Of a DNA stretch of 64,000 nt, positions 61,502 to 64,000 are shown piece after piece. A program made the position numbers and the translations under genes. The DNA is from Vitrella brassicaformis CCMP3155 (taxonomy: Eukaryota; Protista; Chromerida), in NCBI GenBank assembly GCA_001179505.1, contig CDMY01001000.1, positions 124,001-188,000 of the forward strand, given 5' to 3'. Numbering within the stretch: the stretch's first letter is position 1; each line of letters starts with the position of its first letter. A model generated the notes under the pieces. The model was not told where the DNA came from, searched no databases, and worked only from the letters and a program-made list of their open reading frames with translations.

Positions 61502-62606
61502 ATGACGGCTCTTCCACTGGCACAGTGTGGCGTGTGTTTTGAGGACTACCACCACGAGGATACCGACAGGCAGCCTCAGGTGCTGTCGCGATGCGGTGAG
61601 TGAGGAACACACACAGGCAGTCAAGCAAAGGTTCTGAAAAGGAGGGAGGGGTGTTCTTTTGTATGTGTTTCATGCGCCCACCCATCCGTCTGTCAGGTCA
61701 CTCGTTCTGCGCGGCGGTACACACACACGACAGGCAGACAGACAGACGGCTTTCATATCTAAATGAGGGGCTCGTGCGTGTTTGGTCGCTGTCCGTCTGT
61801 TGTGTGTCTGCAGTGTGTCCGGGGCCTCATTCGCAACCATCCTCATGACCGCCGCGCGGCTGTCTGCCCAATCTGCAAGCACGCCAACCAACCAACCAAC
61901 CACTGTGCTCACAACTGTGTATGTGCATTTCTGTCAATCAGGCGAGAGACTTCACAGTCTGATGTGCACATCAACTACGACCTCCGTGACATCGTGCAGC
62001 AGCTGCGGACGGCCACTGCGGCAGCACCGGCACCGGCACCCAGCAACACGACACACTCGACACCCCCTGCTGTCCCTCCGACTGGCCAAGAAGCACCCCT
62101 CACGGCTCGCCAGCGGCAGGAGGCCGCCGACTATGCCTTAGCGCTGCAGCTGTCCAACGAAATCAATGACACAGACCCGCCGAGCAATCAGACGTGAGCA
62201 GCCCCTGCCTCTCTGCCTTACTAACCTCAATCAGGATGGTCGTTGGCTTTGCGTCTGTTCTGTGTATGTGTGTGTCGTTGGCAGTCCCTTCATTGGCGGC
62301 GGCGCTCCTCTCCGTCGTCGGACCGGCACACTGCCATCGTCTGGCTATCCATATGAGGTGGTGCAGGAGGGCACCGGCAGAGTGCCCACACTCAACGACC
62401 GCGTGAAGTACGACCGGATCTGGTGGGGTGATGCATTCGACGGTCGGGACAAAGTCTACGATGACCGTGGGCGGGTGTGGCGTGTGTATGATCGGTATTA
62501 CTGGTTGAATGAGGCGTTGCTGGAGATGAGGGTGGGGGAGGTCAGGCAGATCACAATGCCATACGGCGCCCCCTACCGTCAGTTGCGTTTGGTCAGCATA
62601 GAGTAG
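61502..62606 (+). CDS. RING-finger + FKBP-like protein
   Basis: CGVCFEDY..PQVLSRCG|HSFCAA|CVRGL..CPICK..INYDLRDIVQQL..NQ ac|gtgagc, phase 2, then cag|t PFIGGG..FKBP exon 62285-62606. RING intron positions match 56263-57383. Confidence 0.87.
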
Positions 62607-62609
62607 GGG

Positions 62610-63060
62610 AGAGTCCACACACACACACAGGTGGGGCCGGCTGTGTGTGTCACACTTTGAGCGAGTGATGTTCCGTGCCTGGGTGTGAACGGGGTCACAA
62701 CGCCGTTGTGATGTATATGGCGGGTGTGTGACGTTCGTCTCGGAATGTCTGTGTGCCCTTCTGCCTTTATCCTACCGGGTCAGCTGTAAGTGGGCCGGTC
62801 GGCCGCTGGCTGGCGGCGACACACGAGTGTTCAGTGTTCTGTGACAGAAAGGCAGAGAGGCAGACGGCCGCTCAGCCACACAGACAGACAGGTACAATGC
62901 ATCTGCTGGTTTGTGCCTTTCCGTCGCTGTGTCTGTGTGTGGTCGCTGCCTTTGTCGCGTGTGAGTCTGTCAGCCGCTGGCGGCCCTTTCTGTCTGCCGC
63001 GAGTGTGCGTGGCGTTTGCAAGAGGGGCTTTATTTCTCTCCCCGTTGTGGTGGTCTGCAC
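62610..63060 (+). repeat. Partial R1-type 3' flank
   Basis: ggccggtcggccgctggctggcggcgacacacgagtg and gtcgctgcctttgtcgcgtg blocks are shared with 14740-14990. Confidence 0.6.
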
Positions 63061-64000
63061 CAGACACCTCATGCGCATGACTTCCTAATGACACGCAGCG
63101 ATGGCCATTGGCTTCATCTCGTGGCATCGTGGTGGCTCGGTGTGACTTAAATGCTGTGGTCGTGTTTGCTCGCTTATGACAGGCAGCGATGACCACATTG
63201 GCGTTGTTTCTTGGCATTCAAGGTGGCTTGGTGTTAAACTGCTGCACACCTTTGTCTTGCTGGGTGTCTGTCTGGTGGTCTCTTGGGGCTGCCAGTGGAT
63301 GGTCTGCTGACGGCTTCTCTGTCTGCGATTGTCGGCCGGCAGAGAGGGCGTCAGCAGGTCGACGCTCAGCCACGAGAGACCACATAGACAGACACAACAC
63401 ATTCATGCTGGTTGAGTGTGGAGAGGATGACTGACTCGTGTGGGATTCTGTGAGTGAACCGTGAGGTCCTCCCTGTCGGGTGCACTCGGTGGGCGGTGTT
63501 CTGCTTTGAGTGCTTTGTCGACGTCTGCAGACGGCCTCTCTGTCTGTGGTCGACCTGGCAGAGAGACCGTCCGCCGAGGGGGACTTAGCCAAGAGAGAAC
63601 ACCGACCATTCACAGACGCATGAGGGGTGTCTTGACGATTTCTGTCTGTCGGGATGGGGGGGGAGGGCATGGAAGGGTCTCAATGTCTCTGTTCGGCTGC
63701 CTTTTTTCTCCCGGGTGGGTCGTTGGTGGGTCGGTGGGTGGCTGGCTGGAGACGACTCGTGTGTGACGGAGATAGACAAAAGGACATCCACTCGGTTCAC
63801 ACGAACGTGCGTCTGCACTGCTCGAGATGATTTTTCTCTCAACACAGCTCACGGCAGCTTTTTGTGTGCCGTGGGTGTGGCCGTGGCCGTGCCTGTCGTT
63901 TGTCAAGAGAGGCTTTATTTCTCTCCCCGTTATGCGCGTGTATGTGAGCTGTTATTCTACGCCACAAGCTTCCATGACTGACCCAGATGGGCAATACCTC

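Noticed and set aside
63300-63620. Degenerate ~200-bp tandem duplication, weakly similar to 10040-10100
   Set aside because: Short, diverged, non-coding, with no interpretable structure.
1-64000. Hundreds of 60-270 aa ORFs rich in CVCV, HTHT, RERE, QTDR or SLSL
   Set aside because: They are translations of (GT)n, (GA)n and (GTCT)n intronic or intergenic microsatellites; no domain content.

Overview
Eukaryotic, GC-rich, intron-dense DNA. Introns are short GT-AG and packed with (GT)n/(GA)n/(GTCT)n microsatellites; the style resembles a chromerid alveolate such as Vitrella, which is an inference and not a database result. Most six-frame ORFs are microsatellite artefacts, so real genes were rebuilt by splicing exons by eye. 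The window is a duplication- and shuffling-rich gene cluster. (1) It has 16 copies or fragments of a divergent FKBP-like terminal exon. In most intact genes this exon is joined through a phase-2 intron to an interchangeable N-terminus: tandem BTB (x3), RING (x2) or two orphan micro-domains. One copy ends a dead, internally deleted TOP2 gene. (2) It has a USP deubiquitinase flanked by IQ motifs, a CBM48-like domain and a CBM20 starch-binding domain, plus a decayed RBR E3 ligase carrying a paralogous CBM20. (3) Other genes are TLDc, RING, ACBP-coiled-coil, an intronless bacterial-type GNAT and several unknowns. There are two 300-N gaps. No rRNA, tRNA, CRISPR or transposase was seen.
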